Shown in pieces: positions 39,673 through 49,765 of a stretch of DNA of 55,128 nt. How positions within the stretch are numbered: the stretch's first letter is position 1; each line of letters opens with the position of its first letter. Where the stretch lies: contig JACRCI010000115.1 in assembly GCA_016219105.1 (NCBI GenBank), positions 1 through 55,128 on the forward strand, in the 5' to 3' direction. The stretch comes from Deltaproteobacteria bacterium. GTDB lineage: Bacteria; Desulfobacterota; GWC2-55-46; DRQE01. The notes under the pieces are model-generated. The model saw only the letters and a program-made list of their open reading frames with translations. It was not told where the DNA came from and made no database searches. The position numbers and the translations under genes were made by a program.

Positions 39673-39849
39673 ATCGTATCCTCCTTATAATCCTCTCCTA
39701 AATTACCGGACATCCGTGCCTATGCAAATCTTTTAGCATACTGCAGACTGTAAATCAATCTTCGCTCCCCGGCAATCCATCCTCAAGTACGTCCGGGTTG
39801 CGCCAATATTCCTTCAACCCTCCTTCTATCAATCTTTCCTGAAATAGGT

Positions 39850-39855
39850 TATAAT
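39850..39855 (+). promoter_or_regulatory. candidate -10 box for uvrA
   Basis: Perfect TATAAT 47 nt upstream of ATG 39902 in an otherwise GC-rich genome. No good -35 element is present. Confidence 0.3.
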
Positions 39856-39901
39856 CCCAAATTACTTCCCATTTGAAAATGCAACCCCCAGAGGCATACC
39901 A

Positions 39902-42736
39902 ATGGCAAGAAGGCCGCATAAAGCCGTTGCATTCGATCCGTTACCGTCAGGGCCGGCAAACACGGCCGATAAAGGCGAACTCTCAATCGAGGGGCTCAGG
40001 CAGAATAACCTTAAGAACATAAGCCTGAGGATACCCCACGACCGGATTACCGCGATCGTGGGTCTGAGCGGAAGCGGCAAATCCTCGCTCGCCTTCGACA
40101 CCCTGTTCGCCGAAGGCCGCTGGAGGTTCATAGAATCCCTCTCGACCTACACGCGCCTTTTCCTCGAACGGATGGACAGACCGGACCTCGACAGGATAAC
40201 CAACATCCGGCCCGCGATAGCGATCGAGCAGAAAAACCCGGTCAGGGGAAGCCGCTCGACCGTCGGGACCGCGACCGAACTCAACGACTACCTGAGGGTC
40301 CTTTTCGCCAGGACGGGCTCCATCCACTGCCCGCAGTGCGGCAAGGCCGTTACCCCGTCGGACCCGGCCCTTGCGGCCGAAAAGCTCATAGCGCAATACC
40401 ACGGCGCCCCGGCCATCGTGGGCTTTATTGTCCCGGTCGAAAAGACCGGCGGCCAGGCCGGAGACGCCAAGGGGCTTATCGAGGGCCTGCTTAAAAAGGG
40501 GTTTGTAAGGATACGGCTCGAAAACGGCGTCTTTGACATAAGCAACGCGCCGTGGCCGCCGGCCGGGGCAAAGGCCCCGAATGAAATAGCGGTTATCGCC
40601 GACAGGCTCATCCTCAGGCCGGGAGAGAAGGCAAGGCTCGCGGAGGCGATCGAGGTATCCTTCAGGGAGGGCGCTGGGGACGCGTGGGTAGAGGTCTCGG
40701 GCCATGAGACCCGCCGTCTTACGAATCTTTTAAGGTGCGCCGGGTGCGCGATGGACCTCGAAAAACCCTCGCCCCTGCTTTTCTCGTTCAACCATCCGGT
40801 CGGCGCGTGCCCGGAATGCAAGGGCTTCGGCAACATACTCAAATACGACGAGTACAAAATAGTCCCGAGAAAAAACCTGACCCTGAGGGACGGCGCGATA
40901 GAGCCGTGGACAAAACCGGCGTATACGTGGTGGCAGGACGAGCTTGAAAAACGTGCCCCGCGCCACTCCATCAACCTCGACAGGAAATACTCCGAACTCA
41001 CGGCAAGGGAGAAAAAACTCGTGTTCGAGGGCGCGGACGGTTTCGAGGGCGTGCGGGGGTTTTTCGACTATCTCGAAACCAAGAAATACAAACTCCACGT
41101 AAGGGTCTTCCTGTCGAGGTACAAAGGGCATCTCGTCTGCCCGTCCTGCAACGGCGCGCGGCTCAAGAAAAAGGCCCTCGCGATAAAGATGGGGGGCATG
41201 AACATAGCGGAGTTGAGCGCCCTCACCATACTCAGGGCGCGCGAGTTCTTCTCCGGCCTCGAACTCCCGCCGTCGAAAAGGGAGATAGCGAAAGAGGCGC
41301 TGAGACAGATAAACTCGAAACTCGAATTCCTCGACCGCACCGGGCTGGGCTACCTGACGCTCGACAGGCTTTCGCGCACCCTCTCGGGCGGGGAGGCCCA
41401 GAGGGTGGCGCTGGCGAACCAGCTCGCCTCCATGCTCTCCGGCGTGCTCTACATACTCGACGAGCCCTCGGTGGGCCTTCACCCACGGGACATCGCCATG
41501 CTCGTGGGCGAGATAAAAACACTCGCCTCGAGGGGCAATACCGTAGTCGTCGTGGAGCACGACCCCTCGGCGATAAAATCCGCGGACTACATAGTCGAGC
41601 TCGGTCCGGGTTCCGGCGAGATGGGCGGAAGGGTCGTCTTCTCCGGCACGGCGAAGGATTTTATGGAGTCCTCCGCGTCCCTCACGGCGCTCTACCTGAC
41701 CGGCCGCAAACTCATAAACGTGCCGTGCTGGAGGAGGAAGGGGAGCGGAAGGTTCCTCGTCTTGAAAGGCGCCAGCGGGAATAACCTGAAGGGCGTGGAC
41801 GTTAAAATCCCGCTCCAAACGCTCACCTGCGTCACCGGGGTTTCCGGCTCTGGCAAAAGCACCCTCGTCACCGACACCCTGTACAACGCCCTCGCGCCCC
41901 GCTTCGGCATAAAGGCCGAAAGGCCCCTTCCCCACGCCTCTATAGAGGGCGCGGAGCACCTAACGGACCTAAGGCTCATAGACCAGGGGCCCATAGGCAA
42001 GACCCCGAGAAGCAACCCGGTGACCTACATCGGGGGGTTCGACGATATACGCCATTTCTTCTCGACGCTGCGCTCGGCCGCGGGCCTCAGGCCCGGCATG
42101 TTCTCCTTCAACGTCCCGGGCGGGAGGTGCGAGGCGTGCAGGGGAGAGGGCGTACAGAAACTTGAGATGTATTTCCTGCCGGACGTCTACATAACGTGCC
42201 CGGGCTGCAACGGCAAAAGGTACAGGCCCGAGGTGCTGGAGGTGCGGTATGACGGCAGGAACATCCACGACTCCCTGAACATGACCTTTTGCGAGGCCTC
42301 CCGGTTCTTTCAGGGGATGGCGAACCTCTCGAAGAAGATATCGCTCCTCAGGGAAGTGGGGCTTGGGTACTTGAGGCTCGGACAGTCCGCGACCACGCTT
42401 TCAGGCGGCGAGGCCCAGAGGCTCAAGATAGCGCGTGAACTCGCGAAGGGCGACGCAACGGGCATCCTCTACATACTCGACGAGCCGACTACCGGGCTTC
42501 ACCCCGACGACATAAAAAAACTCCTCTCCGTGCTCGGAAGGCTCGTGGACGCGGGCAACACCGTGATTATGATCGAACACAACCTCGACTGCATGAAGAC
42601 GGCCGACCATATCATTGACCTCGGCCCCGAAGGCGGCCCCGAAGGCGGAAGGATAATAGCCGAGGGCGCGCCTGAGAGGATAGCGAGGGTAAGGGAAAGC
42701 CATACGGGAAGATATCTGGGCGAGGCGCTGCGGTAA
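39902..42736 (+). CDS. uvrA: excinuclease ABC subunit A
   Basis: Two ABC modules (GLSGSGKSSLAFDT, GVSGSGKSTL, LSGGEAQR twice) and zinc modules (CPQC, CAGC..CPEC, CPSC, CEAC..CPGC). It is full length, with about 24 extra N-terminal residues. Confidence 0.93.
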   Translation: MARRPHKAVAFDPLPSGPANTADKGELSIEGLRQNNLKNISLRIPHDRITAIVGLSGSGKSSLAFDTLFAEGRWRFIESLSTYTRLFLERMDRPDLDRITNIRPAIAIEQKNPVRGSRSTVGTATELNDYLRVLFARTGSIHCPQCGKAVTPSDPALAAEKLIAQYHGAPAIVGFIVPVEKTGGQAGDAKGLIEGLLKKGFVRIRLENGVFDISNAPWPPAGAKAPNEIAVIADRLILRPGEKARLAEAIEVSFREGAGDAWVEVSGHETRRLTNLLRCAGCAMDLEKPSPLLFSFNHPVGACPECKGFGNILKYDEYKIVPRKNLTLRDGAIEPWTKPAYTWWQDELEKRAPRHSINLDRKYSELTAREKKLVFEGADGFEGVRGFFDYLETKKYKLHVRVFLSRYKGHLVCPSCNGARLKKKALAIKMGGMNIAELSALTILRAREFFSGLELPPSKREIAKEALRQINSKLEFLDRTGLGYLTLDRLSRTLSGGEAQRVALANQLASMLSGVLYILDEPSVGLHPRDIAMLVGEIKTLASRGNTVVVVEHDPSAIKSADYIVELGPGSGEMGGRVVFSGTAKDFMESSASLTALYLTGRKLINVPCWRRKGSGRFLVLKGASGNNLKGVDVKIPLQTLTCVTGVSGSGKSTLVTDTLYNALAPRFGIKAERPLPHASIEGAEHLTDLRLIDQGPIGKTPRSNPVTYIGGFDDIRHFFSTLRSAAGLRPGMFSFNVPGGRCEACRGEGVQKLEMYFLPDVYITCPGCNGKRYRPEVLEVRYDGRNIHDSLNMTFCEASRFFQGMANLSKKISLLREVGLGYLRLGQSATTLSGGEAQRLKIARELAKGDATGILYILDEPTTGLHPDDIKKLLSVLGRLVDAGNTVIMIEHNLDCMKTADHIIDLGPEGGPEGGRIIAEGAPERIARVRESHTGRYLGEALR

Positions 42737-42746
42737 GACTGGTCTT

Positions 42747-44201
42747 TCAGTCCTTGACGTCTTTCTTGCTTATCTTGAGATCCCTTATCTTTTTCCTGAG
42801 CGTATTGCGGTTTATGCCGAGGAGTTCAGAGGCCTTTATCTGGTTGAAGCGCGTCTTTTTGAGGACGAGCTTTATAAGCGGCCTTTCCATGAACGGCATC
42901 ACGGAATCATAAAGCTCCTGCCTCCCGCCCCCCCTTCCCGATGATGAAGGCCCGGACGAAAGCGCCTTTTCCAAAAACGGCTCGAGCCTTGCCGATATCA
43001 TATCCTCGATTGATTCTTTCCTGTAGTGCCTCTGCGGGAGCGCGATGTCCGCCGGCGTCAACACGGTATTGGGAGAAAGAAGCACGCCCCTCCTGAGGAC
43101 GTTTTCAAGCTCCCTTACGTTGCCGGGCCACGGGTAGGTCATCAGCTCCGTCGCGGCGTCTTTTGAAAGCCTCCGTGTCTCGATGCCCATCTCGCGCGCG
43201 AACTTATCGAAGAAATGCTCGGCGAGAAGCGGGATGTCGTCTTTCCTTTCCCTCAGAGGCGGGATCGTGACCGTCACGACGTTGAGCCTGTAATAGAGGT
43301 CTTCCCTGAACCTTTTTTCCTCGACCGCCTTTTCGAGGTCCTGGTTCGTGGCGGCGATTATCCGCACGTCAACCCTGACGGGCTCCTTGCCGCCGACCCT
43401 GTAAAATTCCCTCTCCTGCACCGCCCTCAGGAGTTTCGCCTGAAGCCCCGCGGCCATGTCCCCTATCTCGTCGAGGAAAAGCGTTCCGCCGCCGGCCAGC
43501 TCGAACTTGCCCCTGCCGGTTTCTGTCGCGCCGGTAAAGGCGCCTTTTTCGTGGCCGAAGAGTTCGCTCTCCATGAGTTCCCCCGGCACGGCCGCGGAAT
43601 TCACCGCGATAAACGGCCCCTCGCATCTGAGGCTGTTGGCGTGTATGAGCCTCGCCACAAGCTCCTTGCCCGTGCCGCTTTCGCCCTGCACAAGGACCGT
43701 CGCGTCCTTCGGGGCCACCTTGCCCACGGTCTTGAATATCCTCTCGACCACCTTTGTCCTGCCGACGAACACGGTCTCGCCGGCAAGCTTTTCCTTGAGC
43801 CTCTCCTTCAGGACCGAGACCTCGTTTCTCAGATGGAAGTCCTCCACGGCCCGTGCCGTTATCACGTCGAGCTCGTCGAGGTCAATGGGCTTTGTCACGT
43901 AGTCGAACGCCCCGCGTTTCATGGCCTCGATGGCGTTTTTCATGGTGCCCTCGGCGGTCATTATGATGACCGCGGTCTTAAACCCCTCCCATTTCTTCGC
44001 GTCCTTGAGTATGGTAAGCCCGTCCTTGCCCGGCATGTTTATGTCAACGAGGGCGAGCGGCACCGAGGCCTCCCTGAGGGCTTTTTCGGCGCTCGCGCCG
44101 TCGCGCGCCACGATGACCTCGAAGCCCTTTTCCCTGAAGAACTTATCGAGCACCCACGCGATGCCCGCGTCATCGTCCGCTATGAGGACCTTTTCCTTCA
44201 C
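42747..44201 (-). CDS. ntrC: sigma-54-dependent response regulator (NtrC family)
   Basis: Receiver domain (LIADDD..D..MPG), AAA+ domain with GESGTGKE and GAFTGA motifs, and a C-terminal Fis-type HTH. Confidence 0.9.
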   Translation of the reverse strand: MKEKVLIADDDAGIAWVLDKFFREKGFEVIVARDGASAEKALREASVPLALVDINMPGKDGLTILKDAKKWEGFKTAVIIMTAEGTMKNAIEAMKRGAFDYVTKPIDLDELDVITARAVEDFHLRNEVSVLKERLKEKLAGETVFVGRTKVVERIFKTVGKVAPKDATVLVQGESGTGKELVARLIHANSLRCEGPFIAVNSAAVPGELMESELFGHEKGAFTGATETGRGKFELAGGGTLFLDEIGDMAAGLQAKLLRAVQEREFYRVGGKEPVRVDVRIIAATNQDLEKAVEEKRFREDLYYRLNVVTVTIPPLRERKDDIPLLAEHFFDKFAREMGIETRRLSKDAATELMTYPWPGNVRELENVLRRGVLLSPNTVLTPADIALPQRHYRKESIEDMISARLEPFLEKALSSGPSSSGRGGGRQELYDSVMPFMERPLIKLVLKKTRFNQIKASELLGINRNTLRKKIRDLKISKKDVKD

Positions 44202-44202
44202 G

Positions 44203-45297
44203 CTAAAGCGCCTCCACCGGCAGAAGCACGCGCACGCGGGTCTTTTCCCCGGGGACCGAATCTATCTTCATGAACCCCGCGTGCTCCCTTACTATCCCGT
44301 ATGAAATCGAAAGACCCAGCCCGCTCCCGCCGCGTTTCGTCGTGAAAAACGGCGTGAATATCCTTTCCATGTTCTCCTCGGGTATGCCGCGGCCCGTGTC
44401 CATAATCTCTATCTCCGCGAACTTGGCCTCCCTCGAACCCTTCTCCTTCAGATGGAACTCGGTCACCATGCGGGTGGTCACCCTTACCTCGCCCCTGCCT
44501 TTTTCCACGGCCTCGCGCGCGTTCTTTATGAGGTTCATGAACACCTGCGTAAGGCGGTTCTCGTCGCCGTTTATCATCGGCAGGCTCGGGTCGTAGGCCT
44601 TGGCCACCCCCGGCCCTCCCGCGCCTTCTAAAAGCAATATCACCCTGTCGAGCACCCTGTGGATGTTGAGGTTTCTTTTTTTGAGCCTCATCGCGCCGGC
44701 GAAATCGAGCATCTCCCTGACCGTGTCGTTCAGCCGGTCGGCCTCTCTTATGATCACCTCCGCGTATTCCCTCGCGTCCTTGTCCTTGAGTTTCCTTGAG
44801 AGCAGCTGCGCCGCGCCCTTTATCCCGCCGAGCGGATTTTTCACCTCGTGCGCCAGATTGGCCGCGAACGTGCCGATGAGGGCGAGCCTCTCTTTCCTGA
44901 GCGCCTCGCTCTCTATGGATTTTATTCCGGAGAGGTCTTTTATGAGACAGGCAACCCCGCAGGATTTCCCGTCAGGGCCGCTCACCCCCACCGTGGATAT
45001 CCCGACCGGAAACGGCGGAGAGAACCTGCGGTGGAGCCTGCCCTCGCAGTCGGAAAAGAGCTTGCCCTCGTCGAGGGTCATGCGGACCGCGTCCACGAGC
45101 CAGCGGTCCCTTGAAAACACCGCGTCAAGCCCTTTTCCGAGCGCCTGCCCCCTCGAAAGCTCGGTCATCTTCTCGGCGGACTGGTTGAAGACCGTAACCT
45201 CCATAAAGGGGCTTACGCAGAGCACTCCCTCGAAGAGGCTTTCGATTATGTTCTCGTAAAGGAGGTTTCCTTCTCTGTTTTTTTCTATGGGCCGCAT
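44203..45297 (-). CDS. ntrB: PAS sensor histidine kinase (NtrB-like)
   Basis: PAS-like N-terminus, H-box FAANLAHEVKNPL and N/G boxes (NLIKNA, DTGRGI, GGSGLGL). It lies adjacent to ntrC. Confidence 0.85.
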   Translation of the reverse strand: MRPIEKNREGNLLYENIIESLFEGVLCVSPFMEVTVFNQSAEKMTELSRGQALGKGLDAVFSRDRWLVDAVRMTLDEGKLFSDCEGRLHRRFSPPFPVGISTVGVSGPDGKSCGVACLIKDLSGIKSIESEALRKERLALIGTFAANLAHEVKNPLGGIKGAAQLLSRKLKDKDAREYAEVIIREADRLNDTVREMLDFAGAMRLKKRNLNIHRVLDRVILLLEGAGGPGVAKAYDPSLPMINGDENRLTQVFMNLIKNAREAVEKGRGEVRVTTRMVTEFHLKEKGSREAKFAEIEIMDTGRGIPEENMERIFTPFFTTKRGGSGLGLSISYGIVREHAGFMKIDSVPGEKTRVRVLLPVEAL

Positions 45298-45416
45298 ACC
45301 TGCCTAAATATTAGGCATGATAGCAGACCTTGGCCGGGAAGGCAATAGGATTTGGAAGGAATTTCGCGGCGAGGATGAAGTCAAACCCGCCTTAGCCGCC
45401 CCGCGGGGTTCCCCAT

Positions 45417-46466
45417 CTATGGAAACAGTTTCTTGATATTCCTTCCATAAGGCGCACGCACAACGCCGCCTTCCGTTATTATGGCGGATACCAACCGTGC
45501 CGGGGTCACGTCGAAGGCCGGGTTTTTCGTCTTGACGCCGTCCGGGGCGATCCTCACGCCCCCAATGAAGGTTACCTCGTCGGCGGAGCGCTCCTCTATC
45601 GGGATAGAGTCGCCGCTTTTTATCCTTAAATCCATGGTGGATTTCGGCGCGGCCACGTAGAAGGGGATTTTGTGCGCCCTGGCCAGAACCGCGACCGAAT
45701 ACGTCCCTATCTTATTGGCCACGTCCCCGTTCGCCGCGATCCTGTCAGCGCCAACGACCACGCAGTCAATGAGCCCCTTTTTCATCATGTACCCGGCCAT
45801 GTTGTCGGTTATGAGGGTGCAGTCTATGCCGTCCCGCATAAGCTCCCAGGCCGTGAGCCTTGCGCCCTGCAGGACCGGACGCGTCTCGTCGGCGAACACC
45901 CTCACGTTTTTCCCGGCGTCCACGGCCCCCCTTACAACTCCGAGCGCGGTGCCGTATCCGGCGGTCGCCAGCGCCCCGGCGTTACAGTGGGTAAGGACGG
46001 TAGAGTTGTTCTTTATAAGCCTGCCCCCATAAGCGCCCATGCGCCTGTTGACTTTTATGTCCTCGTCATGGATATTTTTCGCCTCGGCGATAAGCCTCTT
46101 TTTAAGCCCCTCCACGCCGCCGCAATGCGAGTCAACCGCGCGGTTCATCCTCTCTATGGCCCAGAAGAGGTTTATCGCGGTGGGCCTTGTGGAGGCCATG
46201 AGCGCCGAGACCTTTTTGAATTCCCGCCTGAACTCCCCAAGCCCGGCCGCCTTTATCCCGAGCGCCCCAAGGGCGCAGCCCATCGCCGCAGCCACCCCTA
46301 TGGCCGGGGCGCCCCTTACAAGGAGTTTTTTAATCGCATCCGCGACCTGTCTGTAATCGCTGAACTTCCTGTAGACGACCTTTCCGGGCAGAAGCGTCTG
46401 GTCGAGCATCACGACGCTGTTGTTTTTCCATTCGACGGTCTTGAACATGGGTGTCGTCTGTTTCAA
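45417..46466 (-). CDS. mtnA: S-methyl-5-thioribose-1-phosphate isomerase
   Basis: [25 protein letters not shown] and [11 protein letters not shown] motifs of the MtnA/eIF-2B family. Confidence 0.9.
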   Translation of the reverse strand: MKQTTPMFKTVEWKNNSVVMLDQTLLPGKVVYRKFSDYRQVADAIKKLLVRGAPAIGVAAAMGCALGALGIKAAGLGEFRREFKKVSALMASTRPTAINLFWAIERMNRAVDSHCGGVEGLKKRLIAEAKNIHDEDIKVNRRMGAYGGRLIKNNSTVLTHCNAGALATAGYGTALGVVRGAVDAGKNVRVFADETRPVLQGARLTAWELMRDGIDCTLITDNMAGYMMKKGLIDCVVVGADRIAANGDVANKIGTYSVAVLARAHKIPFYVAAPKSTMDLRIKSGDSIPIEERSADEVTFIGGVRIAPDGVKTKNPAFDVTPARLVSAIITEGGVVRAPYGRNIKKLFP

Positions 46467-46490
46467 GGGGTTTTTATAGCGGGAAGGTCT

Positions 46491-48065
46491 TTAATTCAGC
46501 CCTTTTGTATTCTCGGGCTTATCGAGCAGGGCCTCTTTAAGCAGGATAGTCTGTCCGGGCATGAGGAGGCGCTCGGCGGCGCCGAGGTCGTTAAGCTGAC
46601 GCAGCCGGTCGAGCCCTATGCCGAACCGCCTTGATATGAGCCACAACGAGTCGCCTTCCCTCACTGTGTAGGTCTCTTCCGGAGAGGGCGTGTATCTCGC
46701 CTTCACGACCTCATGCGCGTCAACGCCGTCTTTTGCCCTCACCGGCACGACTACCATCCTGCCGGCCCTTACGCCGCGGGTGCTTTTAATGTCGTTGAGG
46801 TACATAATCTGCTTTATGTCGGTCCCGTACAGGCGCGCGATCTGAGAAAGCGTCTCGCCTTTCCTCAGTTTGTGCTGGTGGAATCTGAGCCTCTCCTGCC
46901 TCGGAACCCGACTCATCCTCTCCTCGAATATCTCCTTTTTCCCGGCCGGTATGTTTATCTGGTAGTCGGGGTAGTCCGGCGGCGTGAACCAGCGCAGGAG
47001 TTCCGGGTTGAGCATGGTGATATCCTCGACGGTCGTCCCGGCGGCCCACGCTATGACCTTCAGGTCGGTCGGCCCAGGCACCGTGACCTTCTCGAAGGCA
47101 AGCGGCTCCATGTAGTTTATCTCCGTAAAGCCGTAGCTCTGCGGGTCCTTTGCTATAAGCATGGCCGCCATATATTTCGGTATGTAGTTCTTCGTCTCGC
47201 TCTTAAGCGACTTTTTATGCGACGCGAGCTCCCAAAAGTCTTCCGTATTATATTTTTTGATGGCCCGGCTTACTTTCCCCTCCCCGGCGTTATATCCCGC
47301 GGCGGCGAGGTACCAGGAATCGAACATCCCGTAAAGGTTTTTGAGGTAGTTCGCGGCCGCCAGGGTGGCCTTCTCCGGGTTGCGCCTCTCGTCCACCCAC
47401 CAGTTAACCCTCAGGCCGTACTTTTTGGCCGTCCCGGGTATGAACTGCCAGATGCCGACGGCCTTGGCGCGGGAGCGCGCGTAGGGGTTGTAACCGCTTT
47501 CGATAAGCCCGATATAGGCAAGGTCCTCGGGCAGGCCGGCGGCGGAGAGCGTTTCTTTTATCATCGAGAGGTACATCTCGCTCCTCTCGAGCCACTTAAG
47601 GAAGACCTTCCGTCCGCGCGTCTGGAAATACTCTATGTGGTTTTCAACCGCCGGGTTTATCACAACCGGCACGTCAAACGTAGGAACTTTTCTCTCCTCG
47701 CCCGTCGAGATCATCGAAGCCGCTATGTCACCCTGCCCCGGCTCGGCCGGAGCCATGTCAGCCGGGGCTGCCCCAGGTGTCGCCCGTTGAACCGTCAAGG
47801 ACGGCTGGATGGCCGTCAAGGACGGAGTGCCGGTCGTCGGGGTCATCGGAGACGCCATCTCACCCTGCCCCGGCTCGGCTGGAGCCATATCGGCTGGGAC
47901 TGCCCCAGGTGTCGGAGTGCCGTCCGCCTCCCGGGTTGACGGCGTCTGGAAAAAATAAGAATCCAGGGCCTGAGGGTCTTCCCCTTCGCAGGCGAACGCC
48001 TCGGCCCAGCCCGTGAAGGGCAGAAGGGCGCACAGGATTACGAATATGATGAACGTCCTTTTCAT
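46491..48065 (-). CDS. LysM-domain lytic transglycosylase (MltD-like)
   Basis: Signal peptide, repeat-rich Pro/Ala linker, SLT domain (GLIESGYNP...AVGIWQF...AAGYNAG) and two C-terminal LysM motifs. ATG 48065 lies just after the upstream stop. Confidence 0.85.
   Translation of the reverse strand: MKRTFIIFVILCALLPFTGWAEAFACEGEDPQALDSYFFQTPSTREADGTPTPGAVPADMAPAEPGQGEMASPMTPTTGTPSLTAIQPSLTVQRATPGAAPADMAPAEPGQGDIAASMISTGEERKVPTFDVPVVINPAVENHIEYFQTRGRKVFLKWLERSEMYLSMIKETLSAAGLPEDLAYIGLIESGYNPYARSRAKAVGIWQFIPGTAKKYGLRVNWWVDERRNPEKATLAAANYLKNLYGMFDSWYLAAAGYNAGEGKVSRAIKKYNTEDFWELASHKKSLKSETKNYIPKYMAAMLIAKDPQSYGFTEINYMEPLAFEKVTVPGPTDLKVIAWAAGTTVEDITMLNPELLRWFTPPDYPDYQINIPAGKKEIFEERMSRVPRQERLRFHQHKLRKGETLSQIARLYGTDIKQIMYLNDIKSTRGVRAGRMVVVPVRAKDGVDAHEVVKARYTPSPEETYTVREGDSLWLISRRFGIGLDRLRQLNDLGAAERLLMPGQTILLKEALLDKPENTKGLN
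47792..47842 (+). repeat. dispersed repeat, composite copy (mltD-like linker)
   Basis: CCGTCAAGGACGGCTGGATGGCC-GTCAAGGACGGAGTGCCGGTCGTCGGGG, translated as TPSLTAIQPSLT. It shares the GACGGAGTGCCGGNCGTCG block with the rodZ copy. Confidence 0.75.
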
Positions 48066-48066
48066 G

Positions 48067-49599
48067 CTATTTAGAAATGACCCGCGGATTAGGGTTGGGA
48101 CGGACAATCGAACCGGAAACTTCTATCCGCCCGAATTTTTCCTTTATGTCCTCGGCGGTCTTTTTGGCGGCCAGCTGCACGGCCCTGCCGGCGGTGGTCA
48201 ACGCCCTCGTATACTCGACGAAGTATCCGTTCCTCTTAAACCACGCCTTCGTCAGGCTGCGGCCATACGCCTTTATCGCCACGTTGAATATGTCCAGGCG
48301 CGCCGCCCTCTTCGCTATCTGCCAGATGGAGTAGAATTTCTTGGTGGCCTTCATGGTCTCGGACTGGAGTTCGTAGTAGCTCATCTTTTTGGGCTCGAAT
48401 ACGACGTGGTGCGCGTCGTAAAGGCTCCAGTCGCGCGACACTATGCGGCTGTTTTTCTCGAAATCATTGTAGAGCTTCGTGCCGGGCAGCGGCGTAAGTA
48501 TCAGGAACTGAATGGATTCGAGGTCCATCTTTTTCGCAAACCTGAGCGTCTCATGGATGGTGTCGGTTGTATCCTCGTCCGAGCCGAATACGAACATCCC
48601 GTGTATGCGTATGCCGTTTTCGTGCAGCCTCTTTATGCAGACCTCGATGTCCTCGACGGATTGCTTTTTGTTGTACGCCTTGAGGGTTTCCGGGTTTATG
48701 GATTCAAACCCTATGTAAACCGTATGGCAGCCGGACCTCTTCATCAGGTCCAGAAGCTCAGGGTCTTTCGCCACCTCCACCCTGACCTGCGCCGTCCAGT
48801 TGGGGGTGAGCCTGCGCTCTATCATCATGGTAAGGAGTTCCTTGGTCCTTTTCCTGTCGGCTATGAAGTTGTCGTCGTAGAAAAAGACCCATTTGGCGCC
48901 GGCGCCCATGTATGACTCAAGCTCCGCTATGGTCTTATCGTTGCTCCGGAACCTGTATTTGTGGCCGAACATCTGCGTCACGGAACAGAAACTGCAGTCA
49001 TAGGGGCATCCGCGCGAGGTCATTATCGGCGTTATCGGGACGTTTTTTATCCAATCCTTGCCGAGACCCTGCACTATGGAAAAATCCGGACTGGGGAGCG
49101 CGTTTACGTCCTTGCAGAAAGAAACGATCCTGTTGTGCGCAACCGTTCCGTCTTTTCCCCTGTACGAAAGACCCGGAATACCGTCGAAACCCGAGCCTTG
49201 CTCCAGCGCCTTTATAAAATCCACTATGTGGTCGTCGGCCTCACCCCTCATCACGTAGTCGCAGTAATCGAGCGCCTCGTCCACCATATAGGTAACGTGA
49301 GGGCCGCCCATGAAAACGGGTATCCCGGCCTTTCTGAGGTGTTTAGCGATTTCATAGGAGCGTGGAGACGTTGAGGTGATGGTTGAAATGCCCACGGCGT
49401 CGGCCGAGAGGACGTCCTCGATGTCCATTTCGCTTATGTCCTCGACGTAGCTTTTAACGTCGTAGCCGTGCTGTTTGAGGATTGTGCCGAGCAGGACGGT
49501 CCCAAGCCTGGGTATGGGAGACCTGGTGAAGACATGGATGTCCGGCGGGCGCGACTCTATAAAGACGATTTTTTTCATTTTTTGCGCCACCGTTACCAC
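48067..49599 (-). CDS. B12-binding domain radical SAM protein
   Basis: N-terminal cobalamin-binding-like domain followed by SRGCPYDCSFCS (CxxxCxxC). The start is ambiguous: GTG 49599 with a GAGGGG RBS, or ATG 49578. Confidence 0.85.
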   Translation of the reverse strand: MVTVAQKMKKIVFIESRPPDIHVFTRSPIPRLGTVLLGTILKQHGYDVKSYVEDISEMDIEDVLSADAVGISTITSTSPRSYEIAKHLRKAGIPVFMGGPHVTYMVDEALDYCDYVMRGEADDHIVDFIKALEQGSGFDGIPGLSYRGKDGTVAHNRIVSFCKDVNALPSPDFSIVQGLGKDWIKNVPITPIMTSRGCPYDCSFCSVTQMFGHKYRFRSNDKTIAELESYMGAGAKWVFFYDDNFIADRKRTKELLTMMIERRLTPNWTAQVRVEVAKDPELLDLMKRSGCHTVYIGFESINPETLKAYNKKQSVEDIEVCIKRLHENGIRIHGMFVFGSDEDTTDTIHETLRFAKKMDLESIQFLILTPLPGTKLYNDFEKNSRIVSRDWSLYDAHHVVFEPKKMSYYELQSETMKATKKFYSIWQIAKRAARLDIFNVAIKAYGRSLTKAWFKRNGYFVEYTRALTTAGRAVQLAAKKTAEDIKEKFGRIEVSGSIVRPNPNPRVISK

Positions 49600-49765
49600 C
49601 TTTTTCCCCTCTAAATTTTCGGAATTAATGATGCATTATGATAACCGCTCGATGGCATTATGTCAAGAAAGAATAAAAAATGAAACAATTTGTCATAAAC
49701 CTTCCGGCCTGATATATTATTATGGCCCGTCATCTACAATACGCCGTCTGAGCCCAGGAAAGACA

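Noticed and set aside
39730-39760. LexA/SOS box upstream of uvrA (ACTGCAGACTGT)
   Set aside because: It is not a CTGT-N8-ACAG palindrome and only contains a PstI-like CTGCAG. There is no match to the known LexA consensus variants that I can recall.
45322-45336. Sigma-54-like element CGGCCA-AGGTC-TGCT upstream of ntrB
   Set aside because: The GG-to-GC spacing is one nucleotide short and the -24 box is imperfect. Sigma-54 spacing is strict.
49600-49765. Possible TPP riboswitch upstream of thiE
   Set aside because: I could not find the conserved CUGAGA and ACCUGAUCUGGAUAAUGCCAGCG-type core elements. The region is an AT-rich divergent promoter spacer.
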